Positions 40,615 to 49,538 of a stretch of 64,000 bases of DNA are shown here, in pieces. The stretch's first letter is position 1. Each line of letters begins with the position of its first letter. Below the pieces are notes generated by a model, which was not told the origin of the DNA, ran no database searches, and was given only the letters and a program-made list of their open reading frames with translations. The DNA is taken from positions 1 to 64,000 of the forward strand of contig CAVXKA010000003.1 in assembly GCA_963762255.1 (NCBI GenBank). Direction: 5' to 3'. The DNA comes from Candidatus Eiseniibacteriota bacterium. GTDB taxonomy: Bacteria; Eisenbacteria; RBG-16-71-46; JABDJR01. The position numbers and the translations under genes are program-made.

Positions 40615-41971
40615 CTACCAACCCTTGGTCTCTACGCCCAGCTCCCCCAGGCGAACATCGACCTGCCGGCGAGAGGTCTCCGCGAGCGATTCATCGACGA
40701 GGACGGGGGTGAGAAAGACGAGCAGCTCCACCTCGCTCTGCTCGGTGCGCGTGGAGCGGAAGAGCGCCCCGATGATCGGAAGGCTCCCCAGAATCGGCAG
40801 GCGCCGCACCGTCTCGGTGCGAACGTGGCGCTTGAGCCCGCCGATGACGAGCGTCTCGCCGTCGCGGACCATCACCTCCGTGCTCGCCTCTCGCGTACCG
40901 ATCCGCGGCACGCCCTGCACGGCCGTGTCGAGCACCTCGCTCACTTCGGGGTGCACCGTCATGGTGATGAGGCCGTCCTTGGCGATTCGAGGCGTCACCT
41001 CGAGCCGGACGCCGACCTCGACGAACTCGATCTCCTGCAGGGTGCCTCCGGTTTGGGTCTCCGTCGTGGCGCGCGGGTAGGGTACGCGCTCGCCCACAAG
41101 GATCTCCGCGGTGCGCCCGCTCGCGGTGACCACGCGCGGACTGGAGAGGATCTTCGATTCCACCACTTCCTGCAGGGTGCCCAGGAAGGCCCGGAATTCG
41201 TTGGTCCCGAGCCGGGCGTAGCTGAGCGCGAAGTCGGTCACGGAGGTGAGAGGGTTGCCGGTCGCGTCCACGTCGTGGTTCACACCGTCACGGGTCTGAT
41301 TGAGCCGATACTCCCAGTTGATTCCGATCTCTTGGTCGTCGCCCAGATTCACTTCCATGATGTCGGCGCGGATGAGGATCTGGGGAACGGAAATGTCCAT
41401 GCCCGCGATCATGTCTCCGATCATCCGGATCTGCGAGGGGACGCCCTGGACGATCAGGGAATTGGTGCGAGCGTCGGCGGCGATGGTCGAGCCACCGAAG
41501 GCCTGTACGAGAATCGGGGCCATCTCCGCCGCGCTCGCGCGCTGCAGCGCGAACCCGCGACTCACGGGCTGATCCGCGGCGCAGACCATCAGATGGCGCC
41601 CCACCACGAAGCCGTCGTAGGAAGTGCCGGAGAAGATCAGCCGGAGCGCGCTGTCCGCGTCGATGTCATGGACCCTGAGCGTCACCGGGGTCTGCGGGAG
41701 GTCGATGCCGGCCAGCACGAGATCGGCCTGGTCGGCGAGAAGACGCAGCACCTCGGGAAGCGGCACGCCGGAAACATCGAGGGTCACCCTTCCCGCTCCA
41801 GGGTCCGCGCTCACGATCGCCGGCGCCTCGGAGAGCGGCTCCGGCGCCTCGGGGAGCGCGGGCGAGCGACTGCGCACTCACCGGCGAACAGGCCAAGAGC
41901 AGCATCGCGGCAACGGTCGAGACGATCCACCATCCGCGGGCCGCAGGGCTCCCGTTTGCTGGCGTCCTCAT
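40615..41971 (-). CDS. Secretin (GspD/PilQ-like, short); frameshift ~41870 separates the signal peptide
   Basis: ADARTNSLIV, QILIRADIMEV, ILSSPRV, VGVRLEVTP, DGETLVIGGL, LPILGSLPIIGALF; ATG 41971 overlaps the upstream stop. Confidence 0.88.
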
Positions 41972-42735
41972 GATTCATCCTCCGCCGGGGCAAGAAGCGC
42001 CCGGCCATCCTCGATAGCCACGAGCCGCCGGCCGGCCACGAACTCACCAACTCGATACGCCCGCCCTCCGAAGAAGGCGATCGGAACTCCGCCCAGCGTG
42101 CCGGTTCCCTGGAACGCGGGGCGAAGCTCCTCTGCGGGCGCGCTCTCGACGGGGCCTTCGCCGAACGATTGCGGCGCGAGCCCCGCGATCTCGTTGCCGA
42201 AACGGAACGGGTCCCTCGCGGGAGCGTCGGAGAGCGGGCCCGATTCGCCGAGCGAGGCGGCGGGCACGTACCCCTGAAGCGCAAGGCTTCCCTTGAGGGA
42301 GACGTGGAGCCCCTCCCCCTCCGGGATTTCCTCCAATTCGAGATCCGCGAGCTGCACCGCCGGCCACAACCCTCCGAGGCGCTCCAACGTGTGGTAGAGC
42401 TGGCCGAAGCTCGCCTCTCCCTCGACGGTGAAGGAGACGCGATCGGGAGCCTCTTCCGTCGCCGACTCTTCGATCTTGAGATCGCCGAGACGGCCGGGCG
42501 AATCCCCTGCCACGGTGGCGATCAGCCGCTGCGTGAGATCGGCGCGGTGGATCTCCACGTAGTCTCTTCCCGGGGAGCGACGGTCGTGCAGAACGTTTGC
42601 GGGAACGACTTCCGCCGCGAGGGCGTCCATCGCGCGTTGCATCCGCGCCGCGCGAACGAGCCGTGGAACGACCAGCATGCCGAGCGCGGCCGCGGACAGA
42701 CAGACGATGACCAGCTTGAGAAGTCTGGGGTTCAC
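41968..42735 (-). CDS. PilO/GspM-like protein with a PilP-like C-terminus
   Basis: N-terminal TM, ferredoxin-like GEASFGQLYHTLERL, then RDPF and YRVGE segments; operon position. Confidence 0.55.
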   Translation of the reverse strand: MNPRLLKLVIVCLSAAALGMLVVPRLVRAARMQRAMDALAAEVVPANVLHDRRSPGRDYVEIHRADLTQRLIATVAGDSPGRLGDLKIEESATEEAPDRVSFTVEGEASFGQLYHTLERLGGLWPAVQLADLELEEIPEGEGLHVSLKGSLALQGYVPAASLGESGPLSDAPARDPFRFGNEIAGLAPQSFGEGPVESAPAEELRPAFQGTGTLGGVPIAFFGGRAYRVGEFVAGRRLVAIEDGRALLAPAEDES

Positions 42736-44435
42736 GACCGTGCCTCCGGCGCCGGCTGCCCACCGGCAACAAGCACCAACACCGAGAAGCCCATGTACCG
42801 ACCGGAATCGCCGAGCTGATCGGCCACGGGGCGCTGAGTCCACTCGAGTCGCACGCCCGCAAACGCTTGCTCCTTGGACAGGGCTTCCAGGAAGCTCACC
42901 AGGTCCTCCCTTCCCCGCGCCCGTCCTTCCAGACGAAGCAGCAGCGCGCCGGGATCTCCGGGCGGCGGGGAAACGAAGAGACGGTCGAGCTCGGGATCGA
43001 GAAATCGGGCGCCGGCGTCCGCCGATTCCTCGGCGGAGAGGCGCGCGCTCCCGATCCGCTCCAGACGAACGCCCGCGGGCATGCAGGATGCGAGAGCGAG
43101 AATGGCGGGAACTCCGGGATCGGCCCGGAGCGTTCCTTCCTGCGACGAGACGGAAACCTCGGTCGACGCAGCGACCTCATTGTTGGCCCGGGCTTGCAGG
43201 AGCGCTTGATAGCTCCGGGAGAAATAGCGCTCCGTGGAATGAGCAAGAACCGTCAGCGCGAGGATCAAGAGCGCGGCATAGACGGACACTTTCACCAGAC
43301 CCCTCGGGGAAGCGCGCATCGCCCTCGGGGTCTTGCGAACCGATTGCCTCCTGAGGAGGTTGAGCTTCCGACTCGGAAGCGCCTGAATGCCCAAGTAGGC
43401 GGCGCCCACGGCCTGGGTCAGCCGATGAGAAACGGATTGCAGGAGCGGGCTGTTCACCCCTTCGGCAACGTCGTTCAACACCGCGAGAGGATCGGCCACG
43501 CCGGTCTGGATGGTGTTGGGAAGGTTCAAGTATCCGACGAGGCCTCCCAACCGGCTGCCTCCTCCGGTCAGCACCAGCCGTGAGATCGGCAGGCCCACGC
43601 GATCCTGGATGTAGCGAAGCGTACGGAGAAGCTCCTCCCGCATCTGATGCATGGACTCGATCCGCGCGGGATCGAGAACGTAGGGCTTGCCGCCGAGCAA
43701 GATCGGTTGAAGTTCTTCGCCGGGGGCAGGAAGCACCCAATTTCTCTTGAGCGACTCAGCGAGGGCCCGATCGCCATCGAACATCTCGGCGATCTCGTCT
43801 GTGATCGGATCGCTTCCCACGCGGGTGTCACGTGCATAGAGAAGCCGCTCGCCCTGGAAAACGGCTACGGCGGTGGACCTGGCCCCGATGTCCATGACTA
43901 CTACGTTTCCACGCGTTTCCCCTTCGGGGACCAGCGTGCCGAGGGTGAGCGGCGCCACCGTGATGAGATCCAGGCTCAGCCCGGCTCCGCTCATCACTCG
44001 CTCCAGCTCCGTCACGTCCGCGAGAGTACTCACGGCCACAAGCGTGGGAGAGACGTCTCCGGAGCCCGGGCCCTGGCGAACCGCGTCCCAGGCGGTGGTC
44101 TCGGGATCGAAGGGGACCAGCGAGGCCGCTTGCAAGAGCGCCGCCTGCTTGAATTCCTTCTCCGGGATGCGGCCGGGAACTTGAACGAAGTTCACGTCCA
44201 CATGCGCGCCGTCGATCACGAGACAGGTGCGAAGTCCCTTGCGGTCGATGCGCGCGGTGAGTTCCTGCAACGCATCGGCCACGGCGTTGGCCCGCCCTTC
44301 CGCCCCCGGGGGCACCACCTCCATGAATCCGAAATCTTCGAGGACGATTCGGTCGCCCTCCTTGCGGAGCACCGCCGTCTTGACCGCGGTCTGCCCCAGC
44401 TTGACCCCCAACCAACGGTTTCCCTTCGGGAACAT
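42732..44435 (-). CDS. pilM: PilM actin-like protein fused to a PilN-like domain
   Basis: GVKLGQTAVK, MDIGARST, LVLTGGGSRL, then LNLL plus a TM and a periplasmic LEGRA domain in one 567-aa frame. Confidence 0.82.
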   Translation of the reverse strand: MFPKGNRWLGVKLGQTAVKTAVLRKEGDRIVLEDFGFMEVVPPGAEGRANAVADALQELTARIDRKGLRTCLVIDGAHVDVNFVQVPGRIPEKEFKQAALLQAASLVPFDPETTAWDAVRQGPGSGDVSPTLVAVSTLADVTELERVMSGAGLSLDLITVAPLTLGTLVPEGETRGNVVVMDIGARSTAVAVFQGERLLYARDTRVGSDPITDEIAEMFDGDRALAESLKRNWVLPAPGEELQPILLGGKPYVLDPARIESMHQMREELLRTLRYIQDRVGLPISRLVLTGGGSRLGGLVGYLNLPNTIQTGVADPLAVLNDVAEGVNSPLLQSVSHRLTQAVGAAYLGIQALPSRKLNLLRRQSVRKTPRAMRASPRGLVKVSVYAALLILALTVLAHSTERYFSRSYQALLQARANNEVAASTEVSVSSQEGTLRADPGVPAILALASCMPAGVRLERIGSARLSAEESADAGARFLDPELDRLFVSPPPGDPGALLLRLEGRARGREDLVSFLEALSKEQAFAGVRLEWTQRPVADQLGDSGRYMGFSVLVLVAGGQPAPEARS

Positions 44436-44473
44436 GGGGTCCCGGCGACGGAGGCGGAGATGCTCACGTCCGA

Positions 44474-44893
44474 TCATGAGGGCCATTCCCATGCGCGCGG
44501 GTCCTGCCACGCGGTCACTTCGACCTCACCGGCGGGATCCCTCTCCAGCGTGACACGAATTCCAAGAGTGTCGGTGCCGACCCACCCGAAGGCGGTGACG
44601 ACCGCTCGGTCCGTCTCCAAGAGGAACGCCTCCACTCTCATGTATCCCCCCGCGAGGGCCGTTTCCGGCAGAGGCGGGTTCGAGACCGTCGTCCAGTCCG
44701 CGCTGGCCGAGAAGACATCCCCGACCGCCGCTTCCAGTCCCGCCTGCGCGAGGTAGAGCGCCCGCTCGGAGCGGTGACGCCGGAAGACCGAGTCTTCCAC
44801 CAGTGTGGAAAGCTCCAGCGCGGCAATCACCAAGGCGGTGAGCACGGTGAGGATCATCAACGCCAGCATGAGGGCGGAGCCTTTGGAGTTCAC
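44474..44893 (-). CDS. PilX/GspK-like minor pilin
   Basis: KG-SALMLALMIL (no Glu5), ALYLAQAGLE. Confidence 0.8.
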   Translation of the reverse strand: MNSKGSALMLALMILTVLTALVIAALELSTLVEDSVFRRHRSERALYLAQAGLEAAVGDVFSASADWTTVSNPPLPETALAGGYMRVEAFLLETDRAVVTAFGWVGTDTLGIRVTLERDPAGEVEVTAWQDPRAWEWPS

Positions 44894-45366
44894 GGTGCGA
44901 CGCTCCGAAAGGCCACCACCGCGCGCAGCGGTCGTTCCAGACCCAGGACTGCGATCTCCGCCGAACCGGCAGACACTTGAAAGGTCAGGGTGGTCCCTGC
45001 TTCCAGGCAGGCCAGGGGCCGCATCGGGACCGCTTTCCAGGCAACGATCCCCGTCTTGCGCATCTCGCGATACACATCCGCTCCCTTCACCAGATAGCGG
45101 ACCTCGCCATCGCTCCGCGTGAGGACGACGCCATCGGTGATCCCAATCCCCGTCTGGGCTCCGGCGACATCCAGGGCCCATTCCTCGAACAGCACTCCGT
45201 ACGTCAGCTCGCGATGCACGCTCTCGCGCTGGCGGGTCAACCCGGCGAACCCGGTGTCCATCAGTACCGGCACCGAGGCCGCCACCAGACCCAGGATCGC
45301 GGTGGAGACCAACAGCTCGACGAGCGTCAGCCCCCCTTGGTCGACGGAGCGGCGCAGCGCACGCAT
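44890..45366 (-). CDS. Minor (pseudo)pilin, PilW/GspJ-like
   Basis: Class III signal G-LTLVELLV. Confidence 0.82.
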   Translation of the reverse strand: MRALRRSVDQGGLTLVELLVSTAILGLVAASVPVLMDTGFAGLTRQRESVHRELTYGVLFEEWALDVAGAQTGIGITDGVVLTRSDGEVRYLVKGADVYREMRKTGIVAWKAVPMRPLACLEAGTTLTFQVSAGSAEIAVLGLERPLRAVVAFRSVAP

Positions 45367-45367
45367 A

Positions 45368-45739
45368 TCAGGGACTCCTGCGTCCCTTGAGACAGGTGAG
45401 CGTCGACTCTTCGTCTCCCACGCGAACCTCGATCGTGATCTGCCGAACTCGCGCGCTCCAGGCCGCTACGGTCACGGTCCTCGTCGCGTCCGGATACCCG
45501 GAAATCGCGGACGGGCCCAGCGTGCCGGGAGCGAGATCCTCGAAATCCAGACCCAGCACCTGCTCCAGCGTCGACCGGGCCTCCCGCTCGGCGCTCAGCC
45601 GCTCCTCGCGCCGCTCCCCGTTCCGCGTGGCGGGGATCACGGCGCCTGTGACAAGGAGCACAGCCAACCCGAGGACCAGGACGGTCACCAGGACTTCGAC
45701 CAGCGTGAAACCGGCGGACCCCGGGACGGATCTGCGCAC
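45368..45739 (-). CDS. Minor (pseudo)pilin, PilV/GspI-like
   Basis: Class III signal G-FTLVEVLV. Confidence 0.82.
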   Translation of the reverse strand: MRRSVPGSAGFTLVEVLVTVLVLGLAVLLVTGAVIPATRNGERREERLSAEREARSTLEQVLGLDFEDLAPGTLGPSAISGYPDATRTVTVAAWSARVRQITIEVRVGDEESTLTCLKGRRSP

Positions 45740-45742
45740 GGG

Positions 45743-46270
45743 CTAGAAGCCCGCGTACACCGCGGAGTAGGTCCTTCCAAGATTGGCGACGATGTTGCCG
45801 CTCTTGGCCTCGTAGTACCAACCGCCCGTCCCCGTCCCCGCGGCCACCGCGGTTGAGACCGCCGACAGGATGCGCTCGTTGGTGATGTTGACGGTGACGG
45901 TGCCCAGCCCGGAGATGCTCTCCGTCGGCCACTTCTTCAGGTAGGGGCCCAAGCGCGCCGTGGTCGTGCGGGTGAGGCTCGGCCGGCCGGCGCCGTCGGT
46001 GTACTGGGTGAGCTGGTTCACGAAGATCGTGGGGTCAGCGCCGACATTGAAGTCGCGCGGATCGCAGGGGTACCAGCCATGATCCGAGCGATACAGGTTC
46101 AGGGCCTCCCGAAGCCCGGCCACGTTGGACTTCAGGGTCGATTCTTTCGCCCCTTGATCCGAGCCGGCCAAGTTGAAGATCACGACGCCGGCGAGGATGC
46201 CAAGCAGCGTGATGACCACCAGGATCTCGGCCAGCGTGAAACCTCTCTGGTTTCGAATATGCGCCATCAT
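45743..46270 (-). CDS. Major (pseudo)pilin, GspG-like
   Basis: RG-FTLAEILVVITLLGILAGV, LREALNLYRSDHGWYP, GPYLK. Confidence 0.88.
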   Translation of the reverse strand: MMAHIRNQRGFTLAEILVVITLLGILAGVVIFNLAGSDQGAKESTLKSNVAGLREALNLYRSDHGWYPCDPRDFNVGADPTIFVNQLTQYTDGAGRPSLTRTTTARLGPYLKKWPTESISGLGTVTVNITNERILSAVSTAVAAGTGTGGWYYEAKSGNIVANLGRTYSAVYAGF

Positions 46271-46450
46271 GCGAAGAACCCCCTTGGGTGGGAGCGGGTC
46301 GGGGTGAAGCGACCAGCACTCTGCGTGGCCTTCAGCCCTCTCGGTCATGGATTGATCGGCATCGGGGACGATCGCCTTAGTGCGAATTGCGATTCCGGGA
46401 GCATTAGTTCGCGAATCGCACGATTCCGGACGCACGGAGGGCGTCCCGGG

Positions 46451-47665
46451 CTAACCCTGGAAGCTCTTTGTGGCCCGCAACATGGGGAGGATGAGGGACA
46501 GCGCGACGATCCCGATGACCACCCCCATGAACACGATCAGGACGGGCTCCACCAGCGTGACAAGACGTTGGTAGTGGCGGCGCACCTCGTTGTTGTACGA
46601 GCGCCCGATGCGGGAGAGCATCTCGGGGAGGCGCCCCGTCTGCTCCCCCACCATCACGATGCGCGCGAGATCCGGGGGGAAGTGGTTGGCTTGGGCCATC
46701 GCCTCGTGCAACGAGGAGCCGTTCTCCACTCGGTCGCGCGCGTCGCGGATCTCCGCCTCCAGGCGGAGGTTTCCCATCGCTTCTCCGCAGAGGTCGAGGG
46801 TTTCGAGCAGAGGAACTCCGCTCGAATGAAGCAGGCTGAAGGTGTTGGCAAACCGAGCGGTCGCGCGGCGACGGATCAAGTGGCCGGCCACCGGCAGCCT
46901 CAGCGCGAGATCGCAGAGGAGCAGTTTCACCCGGCGATCGCGGCCGGCGAGAGCCAGTGCGCCGATCCCGAGCGCGATTCCCACCCCGGCCAGGAGCCAG
47001 TTGTCGCCAACCCAGGACGAGACGGCGAGCAGGATCCGGGTGATCTGCGGGATCTCCACGTTCATCCCTTCGAGTTGCTCGACATATCGGGGAAGAATCC
47101 AGCCCGTAAGAAAGGTCACCGAGGCCAGCGTCATCAATACGAGGACACAGGGGTATACCAGAGCGGTCCGAAGATCGGAGGTGAGCTTGGACTGCTCCTC
47201 CAACTGCTCGGAATACTCCTGAAGGATCACGTCCAGCTTGCCGCTGTTCTCCCCCGCCTTGAGAACGCTGATCAGCAGATCGCCGAAGGCATAGCGATAG
47301 CGACGGAAAGCCCCCGCCACGCTGTTCCCTTCCTCGATGTCCTCGGTGATGCGAAGGAGGGTCCGCGAGAGGGCCGCATTGCGGGTCCGTCCCGCGAGGA
47401 TCCCCATGGTCTCGTGCAACGAGAGCCCGGCGGAGATCATGGACGACATGTGGAAGCACAGGTCCGCGATCTCCCGCGCGCTCGCCGCCAGCTTCAGGTT
47501 GAATTTGCTCCAGGTCGAGGTGCGCACGACGCACGGGCTGATCTCGATGGGATACTGCTCGCGCGCCTTGAGAATGCCGAGCATCTCCTGCATGGAGGCC
47601 GCCACGAGTTCGCCGTGGGAGTGCGTCCCCTCTCGATCCCGAGCCTCGAATCTGAAGCGCGGCAT
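46451..47665 (-). CDS. T2SS F / PilC inner-membrane platform protein
   Basis: AGENSGKL, ALVYP, SSGVPLL, VGEQTGRL, LVEPVLIV. Confidence 0.93.
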   Translation of the reverse strand: MPRFRFEARDREGTHSHGELVAASMQEMLGILKAREQYPIEISPCVVRTSTWSKFNLKLAASAREIADLCFHMSSMISAGLSLHETMGILAGRTRNAALSRTLLRITEDIEEGNSVAGAFRRYRYAFGDLLISVLKAGENSGKLDVILQEYSEQLEEQSKLTSDLRTALVYPCVLVLMTLASVTFLTGWILPRYVEQLEGMNVEIPQITRILLAVSSWVGDNWLLAGVGIALGIGALALAGRDRRVKLLLCDLALRLPVAGHLIRRRATARFANTFSLLHSSGVPLLETLDLCGEAMGNLRLEAEIRDARDRVENGSSLHEAMAQANHFPPDLARIVMVGEQTGRLPEMLSRIGRSYNNEVRRHYQRLVTLVEPVLIVFMGVVIGIVALSLILPMLRATKSFQG

Positions 47666-47666
47666 G

Positions 47667-49397
47667 TCAGGAAGCCACCAGCGTCACCCGAGCCACTTCC
47701 TCCAGGGAAGTCACGCCCAGGCGAGCCTTCGCCACCGCGTCTTTGCGGAGGGTGGACATCCCCTCCTCCACCGCACTGGCTCGCACGGTGGCGGAGTCCG
47801 CGTTCTGCAGCATGAGGCGGCGGATGCCGTCGCTCATCCGCATCAGCTCGAACACTCCGATTCGCCCCGCATACCCCACGTTCAGACAGCGCCGGCATCC
47901 CGACGCGGCGAAGAAGGGGCCCCTCTCCTCCCCGGGCTCCAGCACCCGGTTCATCAGGACCTCGTCGGGCCGCGTCTCGTGCCGGCAGTGCGGGCACAGG
48001 ATGCGCACGAGCCGCTGCGCGAGCACCGCGCGCACGCTGCTGGCCACAAGGTAGGGCTCCAGCCCCATATCGCGGAGCCGCATCAACGTCCCCGCCGCTT
48101 CCGTGGTGTGGAGCGTGGAGAAGACCAGGTGACCGGTCAGAGCGGCCCGGATGGCGATGTCCGCGGTCTCCTGGTCTCGGATCTCACCGACCATGATGAC
48201 ATCGGGATCCTGACGGAGAATGGAGCGCAGGCCGGTGGCGAAGGTCACCCCGGCGCGCGGATTCACTTGGATCTGCCCGATGCTGGGGAGCTTGTACTCG
48301 ACCGGATCCTCCACGGTTACGATGTTCAGTTCCGGGCTGTTGATCTCGTTGAGCGAGCCGTAAAGGGTCGTCGACTTGCCGCTTCCGGTGGGGCCGGTCA
48401 CGAGAAGGATGCCCCCGGGGAGGCGAATCAGGTCCCGCCAGATCCGAAGTTCGTCGGGGCCGATCCCCGTGTTGTCCAGGCCCACGAGCACGCTCCGCGA
48501 GTCCAGGATGCGCATGACCACCTTTTCCCCGCGAACGGTGGGCAGCGTGCTCACCCGCAGGTCGATTCGATGGCCGCGAAAGGTGACCGTGAACTGCCCG
48601 TCCTGTGGAGCGCGCTTCTCGGAAATGTCCATGCGGGAAAGGATCTTCACGCGCGTGACGATGCCGGAGTGCAAGGGCTTCGGAGGGTGCGCCTTGTCCT
48701 GCAAGACGCCGTCGATGCGAAACCGGACGCGAACGTGGTCATCCTCCGGTTCTATGTGGATGTCGCTCGCCCGATCCTTCAGGGCTTGATTGAGGAGGAG
48801 GTTCACGATCTTGACCACGGGGGCGTCCTCGGAGCGCGAGGCGACCTCATCCATGATCATGAGGTCCTCGTCCGTCTCGTCGAGGTCGAGATCGGTGTCG
48901 CTCTCCCGGCGTCGTGCGGCGTCCACGAAGGCCGCCTGCATCGTGGCGTTCACCGAGTAGAAGCGCGCGATGGCGTCGGTGATCTCTCCGGCGAGACCCA
49001 CCGCCGGTTTCACTTCCAAGCCGGTCAGGAACCGCACGCGGTCGATGGCCACCACGTCGAGCGGGTCCACCATGGCCACCGTCAGCCAGGAACCCCGGCG
49101 ATAGACGGGCATGATCTGTAGCTCGCGGGCGAGCGATTCCGGCACGTCATGCGTGACGTCCGAGTCGATCGACTCCTCGTCGAGTCGAATCGCCTCCACT
49201 CCGAGCACCGCGCTCCAGTGTTCGAGCACGATTTCGCGCGCCAGCCCCGCCTGGTGGACCAGGTAGTCCCCGGGTGGGTCTGCGGACTGCGCCATTCCCC
49301 TGGATAGCACATCCATTTTCTCGCGGGTCAGGTGCTTGTACTTGACGAGGCGCTCCAGGAGTTCATACCCCTGGGTATGCAAGCTGGTTTGAGGCAT
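47667..49397 (-). CDS. GspE/PilB assembly ATPase
   Basis: ASDIHIEP, GPTGSGKSTT, EDPVEY, LRQDPDVIMVGEIRD, TGHLVFSTLHT, CxxC...CxxC. Confidence 0.95.
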   Translation of the reverse strand: MPQTSLHTQGYELLERLVKYKHLTREKMDVLSRGMAQSADPPGDYLVHQAGLAREIVLEHWSAVLGVEAIRLDEESIDSDVTHDVPESLARELQIMPVYRRGSWLTVAMVDPLDVVAIDRVRFLTGLEVKPAVGLAGEITDAIARFYSVNATMQAAFVDAARRRESDTDLDLDETDEDLMIMDEVASRSEDAPVVKIVNLLLNQALKDRASDIHIEPEDDHVRVRFRIDGVLQDKAHPPKPLHSGIVTRVKILSRMDISEKRAPQDGQFTVTFRGHRIDLRVSTLPTVRGEKVVMRILDSRSVLVGLDNTGIGPDELRIWRDLIRLPGGILLVTGPTGSGKSTTLYGSLNEINSPELNIVTVEDPVEYKLPSIGQIQVNPRAGVTFATGLRSILRQDPDVIMVGEIRDQETADIAIRAALTGHLVFSTLHTTEAAGTLMRLRDMGLEPYLVASSVRAVLAQRLVRILCPHCRHETRPDEVLMNRVLEPGEERGPFFAASGCRRCLNVGYAGRIGVFELMRMSDGIRRLMLQNADSATVRASAVEEGMSTLRKDAVAKARLGVTSLEEVARVTLVAS

Positions 49398-49538
49398 GGA
49401 CAACCCTCCAGATCCGGTATCGGCCTTCCAAGTACGGTCCTGAACCGCGGCCCGGCAAGCGAGGTCGGAGGCGGCCCGGGGTCGGCGGGCGAAGATTCAC
49501 CTTTGCCTCCCGCGCGCGCTTGGCTACGGTGTTGGCCC

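Noticed and set aside
38467-49400. tRNA-anchored island or prophage carrying the pilus cluster
   Set aside because: No integrase, no duplicated tRNA 3' end and no phage genes; the cluster lies on the 5' side of the tRNA.
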